The notes beneath the pieces are model-generated. The model saw only the letters and a list, made by a program, of their open reading frames with translations, made no database searches and was not told where the DNA came from. This document shows positions 7,524-16,714 of a DNA stretch of 24,000 bases, piece after piece. Position numbers and translations under genes: made by a program. Position 1 is the first letter of the stretch; every line of letters begins with the position of its first letter. Source of the stretch: Desulfurococcales archaeon. GTDB lineage: Archaea; Thermoproteota; Thermoprotei_A; Sulfolobales; AG1. The DNA lies in NCBI GenBank assembly GCA_009903825.1, contig WYEN01000075.1, forward strand, positions 7,368-31,367, given 5' to 3'.

Positions 7524-7581
7524 CCGCCCTGAAAGGGATGACGACTAATGATGACCTGAGGGCGGGAGAGGAGGTCAGACA
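7524..7581 (+). ncRNA. Candidate structured RNA: copy 2 of the GC-rich motif with a box C/D (K-turn-like) insertion
   Basis: CCGCCC (7524-7529) pairs with GGGCGG (7560-7565). The enclosed 30 nt contain GGAUGA, UGAUGA and a terminal CUGA. The tail is GAGAGGAGGUCAG followed by ACA at 7579-7581. Strand and function are unproven. Confidence 0.35.
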
Positions 7582-7661
7582 AGAGTCTCTAATCTATTAA
7601 TTTAGGCGGGATGTTGAAAGATATAATAATTTGTATTTTCATCATATTATTCGAGGATTAG

Positions 7662-9497
7662 TTGGTGTCAAAATATTTTCCTTATGAAAAATTTAGAGAA
7701 GGTCAGAGAGAGGCTATTGAAAAGATCTTAGGATCTTATGAGAGAGGTTTTAAAAATATTGTTCTCAAGGCTCCCACAGGCTTTGGAAAAACAAGTGTCG
7801 CATTGTCGAGCATGATGTTTTATAAGCCTGTTCTTCATAGTGTTAGAACTAGAAATGAGATACAGCCTGTTCTCAGAGATCTGAAGACATCTTTTAGAAA
7901 GAATAGAGATTTCAGATATGTCTTTATATATTCTGCTCATAGAATGTGTCCTCTTCTAAAGAATAAAAATGTTGATCCTAACGACTTCTGGCTGGGATGT
8001 CAGATCCTTAGACTTTCTGGAAGATGTGAATATTATAAGAATCTTGCTTCTGTCGATGAAGAGGACATATTCAGGATCGTATCTAACGAGGATCTTCCGG
8101 AGAAAATTGTTGATGAGATAATCAAGAGACATAACGTCTGTCCTTTCTTCGCGTTGGCAAGACTTGCTGAGAAATCTGATTATATTGTTGCCACATATCC
8201 ATATATTTTTGATCCTGATCTTCAGGAGATTATTTTTGGTGAGAGAGATATATCAGAGTTCTCAGTAGTTGTTGACGAGGCTCACATGCTTTCTATGCCC
8301 TCGAGAATATTTTCTGAAGAATTCTCGACAAATGATATCAAACATATGATCAATGAGATCCATAGATGGCTAGGAGATCTTCCTCTCATAAGAGAGTCTC
8401 TGAACAAGCTTTTAAATCAAGTCTCAAAGATCGGCGTGGGAGGAGGACTTAGAAAAATTGATAAAAAAGAGGTCGGGCTAGACGATCATTTGATAGATCT
8501 TGTGATAGACGCCTCTATAGAGATCAAGAAGAAAGTTCTTACAGAACTGTTGGAGAGAAGAGGTGTTGAAGAGGCTCTCTCAAGAAAAGTTTATTCAGTA
8601 AAGATAGCGACAGCTCTATCAGCCTTGAAAGATGAGAGATTTGATATTTTTGTTTCAAAAGAGTCTTCTGAGGAAGCTTTTATAAAGATTGCTGCGGTAG
8701 ATTTCAGCGTGATCGGCGAGGTTTTAAATAGATATAAAAAGATTCTTCTGATGTCTGGGACTCCTCCTACTCAGGAATTCTTCAGAGATCTTATCGGTCT
8801 AAAAGATCTTGAGTATATTGATGTTAGAGAATTCACAGATTGGTCTCCTATAGACTCTATGGCGATAATAATTGCTACAGAGCTTTCATCAAAATATGAA
8901 GAGAGAGGAGAAGTAATTTACAAGCTGTATGCTGATTATATAAAGATATTTAGAGAAGAGATTGATCATCTGAAGATGATTGTTTATCCCAGCTATGATT
9001 TTATGAGAAACATATTAAAATATCTTGATCTTGACAAAGATCTTGTTGAAGATCAGAAGACTAAATACGAGGATTTTTTAGATAACATATTCATAGAGAG
9101 AGATGCTACATTACATGTTGTTGCCGGCGGAAAAATTGCTGAGGGAATAGAATTTGTTGATAAAAACAGATCGCTTTTGAAGGCTGTTTTCATAGCAGGA
9201 ACACCATATCCACAGCCTGATGATTATCTTAAAGAACTTGTGAAGAGAAGACCTAAAGATCTTGATGAAGAAATTTTTAGAAGACGTCTTCTTCTCAACG
9301 AGGCTTTCATAAGATCTGCTCAGGCGATGGGTAGAGCTGTGAGAAGTCCTGAGGATCATGCGTTAATAGTATTGGGAGACAGAAGATTTTTATCAAAAGA
9401 GCTTAGAGAAATGATAGGTTTTAAAAGAGCAGGTTTTGCAAGAAACATTTTTGAATTCAGATCATTAGTTAAAAAAGTTGTTGAAGAATATATCTAA
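7662..9497 (+). CDS. xpd: ATP-dependent DNA helicase XPD/Rad3 (Fe-S helicase)
   Basis: Walker A APTGFGKTS, DEAH box VVDEAHML and motif VI QAMGRAVR are present. The four Fe-S domain cysteines are HRMCP, GCQ, GRCEYY and NVCPFF. There is no in-frame ATG at the N-terminus, so the start is TTG 7662 or GTG 7665. Confidence 0.9.
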   Translation: MVSKYFPYEKFREGQREAIEKILGSYERGFKNIVLKAPTGFGKTSVALSSMMFYKPVLHSVRTRNEIQPVLRDLKTSFRKNRDFRYVFIYSAHRMCPLLKNKNVDPNDFWLGCQILRLSGRCEYYKNLASVDEEDIFRIVSNEDLPEKIVDEIIKRHNVCPFFALARLAEKSDYIVATYPYIFDPDLQEIIFGERDISEFSVVVDEAHMLSMPSRIFSEEFSTNDIKHMINEIHRWLGDLPLIRESLNKLLNQVSKIGVGGGLRKIDKKEVGLDDHLIDLVIDASIEIKKKVLTELLERRGVEEALSRKVYSVKIATALSALKDERFDIFVSKESSEEAFIKIAAVDFSVIGEVLNRYKKILLMSGTPPTQEFFRDLIGLKDLEYIDVREFTDWSPIDSMAIIIATELSSKYEERGEVIYKLYADYIKIFREEIDHLKMIVYPSYDFMRNILKYLDLDKDLVEDQKTKYEDFLDNIFIERDATLHVVAGGKIAEGIEFVDKNRSLLKAVFIAGTPYPQPDDYLKELVKRRPKDLDEEIFRRRLLLNEAFIRSAQAMGRAVRSPEDHALIVLGDRRFLSKELREMIGFKRAGFARNIFEFRSLVKKVVEEYI

Positions 9498-9657
9498 TAA
9501 GATCTCTAGAGACGATTTCATACTCTTATTATAAATGTTTTAAATATTTTACAAGGCATTTTATAACCTGACAGCATTATTATATATTAAAAGTATAAAT
9601 ATATTTTCTCTAACAATAATCTCTAATGCTAAAAATTTATAATCATCTGGTGATAAC

Positions 9658-9930
9658 ATGAGATCAAACGATCTTTACGATGGATCTGATGATAGATTTA
9701 GAAAAATATTTGAGAAATGCGACTTCAACATATATGGACTTGAGATCTGTCTATACATTTATGAGGACACAAGATCTAGAAGAAAAAGATTTCTGCTATA
9801 CATGATCGACGAGACTTTCGGCGAAAAAATTTTTGTTAAAAAATTTGTTTCTGAACAAGAGCTTATGAATATAACTGGGATCATAAATAGAATGAGACTT
9901 CCAGAGGCTGTCAAAAGAATCTTTACATGA
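9658..9930 (+). CDS. Hypothetical small protein (90 aa)
   Basis: ATG-initiated ORF in its own intergenic slot, followed by an oligo-T run. No recognisable motif. Confidence 0.45.
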   Translation: MRSNDLYDGSDDRFRKIFEKCDFNIYGLEICLYIYEDTRSRRKRFLLYMIDETFGEKIFVKKFVSEQELMNITGIINRMRLPEAVKRIFT

Positions 9931-9944
9931 ATATATTAAAGATC

Positions 9945-9949
9945 TTTTT
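9945..9949 (+). terminator. Oligo-T (T5) run 15 nt after the stop of ORF 9658..9930
   Basis: Archaeal terminators are typically oligo-T tracts. This run is embedded in the palindrome AAAGATCTTT (9938-9947). Confidence 0.3.
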
Positions 9950-10020
9950 CTCGTAGCATACTTTTCGTGAGTTAAATTTTTAATGTCGCATTCGATAAAT
10001 ATTCTCAGGTAGATGAGGAG

Positions 10021-11118
10021 ATGAACGGTCTATTCCTATTCCTCTGGAATCCTCTGGTATGGATCTTGGTTTTTCTAGGTTATATACTGATGTTTGCACT
10101 GGCATCGGTGATAGCACCTAAAGTGGCTGGAAGATTATCAGGCAAATTCTCATTATACACCTCAATGATCATATTGTTTCTGATGATAGTATTTATTTTC
10201 ACAGCAACATTATTAGGACTAACATATCTATTGATGATAGGACTTGGCGCAGAGCCTTCTCTACAGAATGCCGGCGTAGTATTAAGCGGATTTGTTGTTC
10301 CTCTAATGATATTTGTGATATTGATGAACTTGATCACATATATAATATCTCCTTATCTGATAAATCTTATGTATAGAGCCAGACATGATCCTAGGATACA
10401 AGAGATTGTTGATAGAGTAGCCAGTAGAGTAGGTCTTTCAAAACCTCCTAAGACAGTTGTTGTTGAAGGTCCTCCAAATGCTTTTGCATATGGAAATTTT
10501 GTCACAGGAAGATATGTTGCTGTGACAAGTGAGATGCTTAATATGACAAGTGATGACGAGCTTGAAGCTGTGATAGGTCATGAGCTTGGTCATCATATAC
10601 ATAAAGATAATATGATAATGCTTTTTCTAGGCATACTCCCCGCAGTAATATACTACCTAGGGATCAATCTTATAAACATTTCTCTATATAGAATGGGTCT
10701 TAGCAATAGAAGACAGAATAATGGAGGAATAATACTTTTGGCAGCAGGATTCATTGCGGTGATGATATCATTTCTACTACAGATCCTTGTGTTGGCGTTC
10801 AGCAGATTAAGAGAGTATTATGCTGACACTGTCGGTGTGAGAGCTGCTGGAAAAGATGCTATGCAGAGAGCATTAGCTAAGATCCATATATATTACAATA
10901 GAAACTATAGAGACAGAATAGAGATCGCTAATAGCAAACTTAAGACACTGTTTATATATGCATTAACAGATGCTGTGGCAGAGCCTTATTACAGAGTTTC
11001 TCGTGAGGATATCGAGAGGATAATGAGAATGCCTGTGTCAGCATTAGAAGAGATTTTTGCGACACATCCGCCAATGCCTAAGAGACTTAGATTTATTGAG
11101 AACCTAAGCTGGTTATGA
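10021..11118 (+). CDS. htpX: HtpX-like M48 zinc metalloprotease, membrane-bound
   Basis: HELGHH zinc motif flanked by multiple TM segments. GAGGAG lies directly upstream of the ATG. Confidence 0.85.
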   Translation: MNGLFLFLWNPLVWILVFLGYILMFALASVIAPKVAGRLSGKFSLYTSMIILFLMIVFIFTATLLGLTYLLMIGLGAEPSLQNAGVVLSGFVVPLMIFVILMNLITYIISPYLINLMYRARHDPRIQEIVDRVASRVGLSKPPKTVVVEGPPNAFAYGNFVTGRYVAVTSEMLNMTSDDELEAVIGHELGHHIHKDNMIMLFLGILPAVIYYLGINLINISLYRMGLSNRRQNNGGIILLAAGFIAVMISFLLQILVLAFSRLREYYADTVGVRAAGKDAMQRALAKIHIYYNRNYRDRIEIANSKLKTLFIYALTDAVAEPYYRVSREDIERIMRMPVSALEEIFATHPPMPKRLRFIENLSWL

Positions 11119-11120
11119 GA

Positions 11121-11588
11121 TTATTCTGAGTAGACATATTTATTATGTGGAATAATTTTTTCTATAGAAATTTTTCTCTCAATAATCTTCATCAATAATC
11201 CTCTCACAGAATCTGTAAGATTCATCTTCAGAGCCTCGTCAAGATCAAAAAATCCTGCCTCAGTAGCGTCGTCGCCGGCTTTAAGCTCTCCACGTGGATT
11301 AGCAAATAATATGTCTATCAAGACATAATGATATTTAATATTTCTCTCTTCATCATATACTATCAAAGTGTCTACGTTCATCACTCCGACAGGATCTGCA
11401 TCAATACCAGTCTCCTCATAAAGCTCTCTCCTCGCGGCCTCTAAAACATCTTCTCCCTCCTCGACATGTCCTCCCGGGATGCTCCATCTACCTCTCCCAG
11501 GAGGATATAATCTTTTTATTAAAAGGATCCTTCCTCTCTCATCAAATACTATACAGCCCACGCCTACTTTAGGTAGACAGCTTCTCAT
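11121..11588 (-). CDS. Nudix hydrolase
   Basis: Nudix box [24 protein letters not shown] (Gx5Ex7REUxEExGU). Confidence 0.9.
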   Translation of the reverse strand: MRSCLPKVGVGCIVFDERGRILLIKRLYPPGRGRWSIPGGHVEEGEDVLEAARRELYEETGIDADPVGVMNVDTLIVYDEERNIKYHYVLIDILFANPRGELKAGDDATEAGFFDLDEALKMNLTDSVRGLLMKIIERKISIEKIIPHNKYVYSE

Positions 11589-11605
11589 AATGATCTTTCC
11601 TCATC

Positions 11606-12037
11606 TTATTCACATGTTTCTTCAGAATAATACTTAAGGATCTTTTTAATCATTATCTCAGGACACTTCGTAGCTCTGCCACCTATCTCTGCACATACTA
11701 TCGTCAGATGACCTTTGGCAGCCAACTCATTTGTGGTTAGATTCTTAATTTCAAAACAATATTTGACATGTTTCTCACCATAATCTGAGACCCAGAGATT
11801 TATCTCAGCAAGATCTGTGTGTCTAAGAGGTCTGAGAAATCTTATGAAAGCCTCTACTCTTGGAAGCCATATACCTTTTGTATTAACATCTTTATAGCTA
11901 AGATCCTCAGATCTGAACATCTCTTCTTCAGCTCTCTCAACATATCTAAGATAATTTGTGAAATGAACAACTCCAGCAGCATCAGTATCTACAAAAGGAA
12001 TGTAAAATCTATATACAAAAACGTTTTTTCTACTCAT
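11606..12037 (-). CDS. 4HBT/YbgC-like acyl-CoA thioesterase (hotdog fold)
   Basis: N-terminal VDTDAAGVVHFTNYLRY signature and ~140 aa length. It sits 17 nt upstream of the Nudix gene on the same strand. Confidence 0.8.
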   Translation of the reverse strand: MSRKNVFVYRFYIPFVDTDAAGVVHFTNYLRYVERAEEEMFRSEDLSYKDVNTKGIWLPRVEAFIRFLRPLRHTDLAEINLWVSDYGEKHVKYCFEIKNLTTNELAAKGHLTIVCAEIGGRATKCPEIMIKKILKYYSEETCE

Positions 12038-12104
12038 CTCAGCCCTTGAAAAATAATTATGTGTTCAATAAAATCTTTGTTGTATATTATTTACGAGGAT
12101 TTAA

Positions 12105-13136
12105 ATGAGAGCCATCATAATGAATTCTGTGGGTGGCGTCGAGAATCTTGTTGAGAAAGAAGTTGAGATCCCAAAGATCTCTAATGAAGATGTTCTTCTG
12201 AAAGTTGTTGGATGCGGAATATGTTATAGAGATGTTTTGGCTAGAAAAGGTTTTATGAGAGTAAGACCTCCAGTGATTCCTGGTCATGAGATTGTTGGAA
12301 GAATTGTTGAGGTCGGAGATAGAGTTCCTCAGAATTTTAAAAAGAATGATCTTGTGGCATCACTGATCTATATATATGATCCTAAGGATCCTAAGTGTGT
12401 AGAAGGGAGAGAGAACATATGTAGATCAAGAGTTTCAATAGGTGAAGAGAGAGACGGCTGTTATGCCGAGTATATCTCGCTTCCACACTGGATCCTTGTT
12501 AAAATAGATGATCCTGGGGAGACCCCTCCAGAGGCCTATAGCTTTGCTGCATGCGTCATAGGAACTCTGGTGAGAGCTTTAAAAACTATTGGAAAAGCTG
12601 TGAGAGGAGAATCAGTCTTGATCACAGGGGCAAGCGGAGGAATAGGCATTCACGCTATACAAGTGGCTAAGGCGTATGGTCTGAAAGTTATTGCTGCCAC
12701 AAGAAGTTCTGAGAAAGCTGAGAAGATAAAGATCTTCAATCCTGATCATATAATTGTTTATAAAGATCGTTTCTCTGAGGAGGTTAGAAAATTAACTGAT
12801 GGAGAAGGAGTTGATTATGTTATCGAAAGTGTTGGAGGACCTACACTGACAGAATCAATAAGATCCCTCAGGTGGGGAGGCAAGATACTTCTGATAGGCA
12901 ATGTAGATCCTTCTCCATATCAGATGATGCTCGGCCACTTGATATTGAGAGAGAATAGTATTTTGGGTGTGATGAACTCATGTAAACATGAGCTGAGAGA
13001 GGCAATAGATCTTTTGAGAAAAGGTTTTGTAAAACCTGTTTATAAAACAATATCTTTAGATCAGGACTCTGTGAGAGAAGCTCATCAGATAATTGAGAGA
13101 GGAGGATCTTTCGGAAGAATAATTATAAAACCTTAG
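12105..13136 (+). CDS. Zinc-type medium-chain dehydrogenase/reductase (alcohol dehydrogenase / quinone oxidoreductase family)
   Basis: GICYRD ... GHEIVGRIVEVG zinc-ligand region and the GASGGIGIHAIQ nucleotide-binding motif. Confidence 0.85.
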   Translation: MRAIIMNSVGGVENLVEKEVEIPKISNEDVLLKVVGCGICYRDVLARKGFMRVRPPVIPGHEIVGRIVEVGDRVPQNFKKNDLVASLIYIYDPKDPKCVEGRENICRSRVSIGEERDGCYAEYISLPHWILVKIDDPGETPPEAYSFAACVIGTLVRALKTIGKAVRGESVLITGASGGIGIHAIQVAKAYGLKVIAATRSSEKAEKIKIFNPDHIIVYKDRFSEEVRKLTDGEGVDYVIESVGGPTLTESIRSLRWGGKILLIGNVDPSPYQMMLGHLILRENSILGVMNSCKHELREAIDLLRKGFVKPVYKTISLDQDSVREAHQIIERGGSFGRIIIKP

Positions 13137-13166
13137 AAAAATCTCGTAGAGACCAAGGGATCTTTC

Positions 13167-13901
13167 ATGGAGATTTTGAGAATAGAAAAGCTTAACGCAG
13201 GCGTGGGCGATAACATTATTATCAGAGACATAAATCTAAAGCTTTTTACCAGAGAATCAATTTTATTGTTAGGCCCCAACGCATCTGGAAAATCAACACT
13301 TCTAAACTCTATAGCAGGAAATCCTCGTATAAAAATTTTCAACGGATCAATATTTTATAATAATGAAGATATCACAAGCCTAGATCCTGTTAAAAGAAAT
13401 GAGAAAGGGATCTCAATAATGATTCAGAATCCTCCGAGGCTACGAGGAGTTAAGACTAGAAAACTTTTTGATAAAATATGTTCTAGACATATAAAATCTA
13501 TTGTTGAGAGAGAGAAAGAGATTAATGAGATATCAAAAGCACTTCAAATACAACATCTTCTTGATCGAGACTATGGACATGGTTTCAGTGGTGGAGAGCT
13601 GAAGAGAGCTGAACTTGCCACATTAATCTTCTCAAGACCTAGACTGGCTCTTATAGATGAGCCTGACTCAGGTGTTGATATTGACAGCATCATTATTATG
13701 GCCACTGTCATCAAAGATCATCTTATGAATAATATTGATGGCATGATCCTTGTGACACATACTGGAGGTATTGTGAAATATATTGAGACATCAAGATCAT
13801 ATGTTATATATAATGGAAGAATAATTTATGAAGGAGAGACATCATATGTTTTATCAAAAATATTTTCAGAAGGATTCAGATCATTATTAGAATCTAGGTG
13901 A
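13167..13901 (+). CDS. sufC: Fe-S cluster assembly ATPase SufC
   Basis: GPNASGKSTL Walker A, GFSGGELKRAEL signature, and LIDEPDSGVDIDS (the SufC-typical DSGxDxD). Confidence 0.9.
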   Translation: MEILRIEKLNAGVGDNIIIRDINLKLFTRESILLLGPNASGKSTLLNSIAGNPRIKIFNGSIFYNNEDITSLDPVKRNEKGISIMIQNPPRLRGVKTRKLFDKICSRHIKSIVEREKEINEISKALQIQHLLDRDYGHGFSGGELKRAELATLIFSRPRLALIDEPDSGVDIDSIIIMATVIKDHLMNNIDGMILVTHTGGIVKYIETSRSYVIYNGRIIYEGETSYVLSKIFSEGFRSLLESR

Positions 13902-13905
13902 TCAT

Positions 13906-15108
13906 ATGAGTAAAAAGAGCGTCTTAGAAGAGATTAGAGAGAAAGCTTTGAAAGGATTAGACAAGTCTTCTCCATATGGTGTGGATGTTGATATAGAGAA
14001 AATATTTGCTCAGCCTAGCGAGAGCTCTGTTGATTATGAGAAGAAGCTTATGTCTTTGGGAATAGATCTTAAGCAGAGAGGGTCTGGAACATATCTGCAA
14101 CTTGATAACATCATTAAACAATATTCAAGTATGTATCCTGGTGTCGAGGTTCTATCAATAGAAGATGCCGTGGAAAATAGATGGGATGAGATTAAAGATT
14201 TCTATTGGAGACTTATAGATCCCTCCACAGATAAATATGTTGCTTACACGGCTCTGAGAGGTAGAGGAGGATTTTATATAAGAGCTAAGAGAGGAACAAA
14301 AACTCTTCTGCCAGTACAAGCCTGTATGATAATGAGTGGAGGAGCACAGCTTCTTCATAATATTATTGTTGTTGAAGAAGATGCTGAGCTGATGGTTTTA
14401 TCAGGTTGTCTAGCTGCTTTAGAGAGATTATCTCTTCATGTAGGAGTCTCAGAGATATATCTTATGCCAAGGTCGAAATTATATTTCATAATGATACATT
14501 CATGGACACAAGTGAATCATGTCAGACCTCGAACAACTGTTTTAGTAGGTGACGAGGCTGAGTACATAGACTACTATATAAACATAAGTGATGTAAGCAC
14601 TCTACAGACTTTTCCAAAGATAATTGTGAGAGGAGATGATGCCAAAGTCTCTTCATATAATATCATCTTGGGCTCAGGATCTTCTAAATATGATGTTGGT
14701 ACAAATGTTGTTTTAGATGGAGAAGGATCCTCGGCACAGATCATTAGTAGAATTGTTGTTAAAGACTCTTCAGAGGTTATTAACAGATTGAGAGCAGAGG
14801 CTCACAAAAGATCTTCTAAAGCATATCTAGAATGTAACGGGCTTTTATTGTCTGAGAATTCTCGTATATATACTATACCTGAGTTAGATGCTCATCATCC
14901 TGACACAGATCTTTATCATGAGGCTTCTATAGGAAGATTACGTGATGAAGAGATTGAGTATCTTCTTATGAAAGGAATATCTTATAGAGATGCTGTTTCA
15001 ATGCTTATAAGAGGTTTTATTGATGTATCAATTAAAATTCCAAATCAAAAAATCAATGAATACATAAATAAAGTCTTAGATCTTTTCGCTAGCAAAAGCT
15101 CTGTCTAA
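13906..15108 (+). CDS. Fe-S cluster assembly scaffold, SufB/SufD family
   Basis: Central beta-helix-like repeat region and the C-terminal HEASIGRLRDEEIEYLLMKGISYRDAVSMLIRGF motif typical of SufB/D. It starts 4 nt after sufC. At 400 aa I cannot tell B from D. Confidence 0.85.
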   Translation: MSKKSVLEEIREKALKGLDKSSPYGVDVDIEKIFAQPSESSVDYEKKLMSLGIDLKQRGSGTYLQLDNIIKQYSSMYPGVEVLSIEDAVENRWDEIKDFYWRLIDPSTDKYVAYTALRGRGGFYIRAKRGTKTLLPVQACMIMSGGAQLLHNIIVVEEDAELMVLSGCLAALERLSLHVGVSEIYLMPRSKLYFIMIHSWTQVNHVRPRTTVLVGDEAEYIDYYINISDVSTLQTFPKIIVRGDDAKVSSYNIILGSGSSKYDVGTNVVLDGEGSSAQIISRIVVKDSSEVINRLRAEAHKRSSKAYLECNGLLLSENSRIYTIPELDAHHPDTDLYHEASIGRLRDEEIEYLLMKGISYRDAVSMLIRGFIDVSIKIPNQKINEYINKVLDLFASKSSV

Positions 15109-16325
15109 AACATTTTTCTAAGATAAGATCTTGATACAAATGCTATCGGTATCAAAGTCAGAAACATTATATATGAAGAGACTTTTATAGCAGAATAATA
15201 TGTCGACACAATAGAGATGATTAATGGAGGAGCGATCAGATTTGCAGCATCAAACATCATTGTATAAACACTTGATCCCAGTCCTCTGCTTCTTTTATCT
15301 AATGAGGACAATGCCATAGTCTGTAGAGAAGGTATTGTGAGACCCATTCCAGCACCATTTAAGACAGCTGTGATATATAAAATTGTTGTGTTGAGAGGAT
15401 CTATAGATATTATCATAAGTGATGATCCTAATAATAACACTCCTAAAAATGCGTATCTAATAAGAATCTGTGAAGATATAATTTTTAAATAGAAAGCTCT
15501 TGTAGACATGTTTGCAAATGATGATATTGTGAAGAAGACGCCTATAACATGAGGATCAACACTATTCTTCCTATGATAAGCTGGTAGAAAACTTGTTAAA
15601 AGACTATATGCTGATGAGAAGAGAAAATTCGAAACTAATAAACTTATGAATTCAGGCTTCATAATATTTTTTAAACTGTTTCTCTCAGAAGCCTCTTTAT
15701 ATTCTGAAACTGTTGATGACAAAGGATCTGATGGCAACATGTTTTCTCTGAAGAAGTTTATGAAACGAGCATTTAGTAAGATCATGATTAAAGTTGTCAG
15801 AGAGAGAAATAAAGATCCTGCGAAGAGAAGAGTCCATCCTCTCCCCAGAGACACTAGGAGACCTCCTATCATAGGTCCTAATGTTGCAGCAATACTTATC
15901 ATAAGACTTCTAGTGGCAATTCTCTTGCTGATAGTCTCTTCTCTACCAAATGTCGCCGCCATATATAATGATGTTGGTATAAAAAATGCTATTCCAACGC
16001 CTTGTAAAAATCTTCCTATGTATAATAGATATATGTCTCTAGATAGCAGATATATGATCTGTGAGACAAACATAAATGAGGATCCTATGATCATTAGATA
16101 CATGCTGTATCCACGATCATTTAAAAAACCAGATAAAGGTCTGAGACCTATTGAAGATACTGCATACATACTTGTTAATAATGCAACCATAAACTCTGTA
16201 GCACCTAGATCAACAGCAGCCTGAGATAAATATGGAGCTACACACTGCATTGTCAGAAAAAATAGTAAAGTAGATATGTTTATGATAAAATCTGTTTTTC
16301 TCTCGATCTCATCGTAAGATCTCAT
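15105..16325 (-). CDS. MFS transporter
   Basis: About 12 hydrophobic segments in 406 aa, with a central cytoplasmic loop. It converges on sufB/D and overlaps it by 4 nt. Confidence 0.8.
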   Translation of the reverse strand: MRSYDEIERKTDFIINISTLLFFLTMQCVAPYLSQAAVDLGATEFMVALLTSMYAVSSIGLRPLSGFLNDRGYSMYLMIIGSSFMFVSQIIYLLSRDIYLLYIGRFLQGVGIAFFIPTSLYMAATFGREETISKRIATRSLMISIAATLGPMIGGLLVSLGRGWTLLFAGSLFLSLTTLIMILLNARFINFFRENMLPSDPLSSTVSEYKEASERNSLKNIMKPEFISLLVSNFLFSSAYSLLTSFLPAYHRKNSVDPHVIGVFFTISSFANMSTRAFYLKIISSQILIRYAFLGVLLLGSSLMIISIDPLNTTILYITAVLNGAGMGLTIPSLQTMALSSLDKRSRGLGSSVYTMMFDAANLIAPPLIISIVSTYYSAIKVSSYIMFLTLIPIAFVSRSYLRKMF

Positions 16326-16362
16326 TTTACACTCTAATTATCACATATTGTTAAAAAACTTA

Positions 16363-16644
16363 TTATATTGATGCCAACACAAAAGCTATTATCAGAGCTA
16401 TCCATCCTATTATCAGTAGGATCCCTATGATCTTTCTTATTGCTGATATGAAAGTTATCAATATATATAATGCTGTTAAACTGATCAATAGTGTCAATGC
16501 TGAAGAAAACTGGCTCGCAAGATCTGGTTTCTCTTTAAATATTGTTGTCATAAGAAGATTTTTAATGACATCTACAAGCCAGTTGTAGGCGTATATCAGT
16601 CCTTGAACAATCATGTTTGCTATATCACTGGCCATTCTAATCAC
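16363..16644 (-). CDS. Hypothetical small membrane protein
   Basis: 93 aa with two strongly hydrophobic C-terminal helices. No family recognised. Confidence 0.45.
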   Translation of the reverse strand: MIRMASDIANMIVQGLIYAYNWLVDVIKNLLMTTIFKEKPDLASQFSSALTLLISLTALYILITFISAIRKIIGILLIIGWIALIIAFVLASI

Positions 16645-16714
16645 AATTAATATTATGACTTAGATATATATAAGGATTCTCTAGAAACTTGAGTTTCTTT
16701 CTCATAGAAAATGA

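Noticed and set aside
1174-7578. The direct repeats GGGCGG(G)AGAGGAGGTCAG, 6.4 kb apart, as attL/attR of an integrated element
   Set aside because: The interval contains only housekeeping genes (DHH, nnr, an ABC transporter, pus10) and the sRNA. It has no integrase, no viral or plasmid genes and no tRNA target. The equal spacing of each copy to a downstream start codon fits a promoter-associated element better.
15646-16224. 192-aa plus-strand ORF, the longest unassigned ORF in the track
   Set aside because: It lies entirely antisense to the MFS transporter gene. Its sequence is low-complexity and proline/arginine-rich with no motifs. The opposite strand encodes a coherent 12-TM protein, so this is a shadow ORF.
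16683-16698. Inverted repeat AGAAAC-TTGA-GTTTCT between tmk and the small membrane-protein gene, as a terminator hairpin
   Set aside because: The stem is only 6 bp and AU-rich, so it would be unstable at a thermophile's growth temperature and is easily produced by chance in AT-rich spacer. Archaeal termination does not require hairpins.
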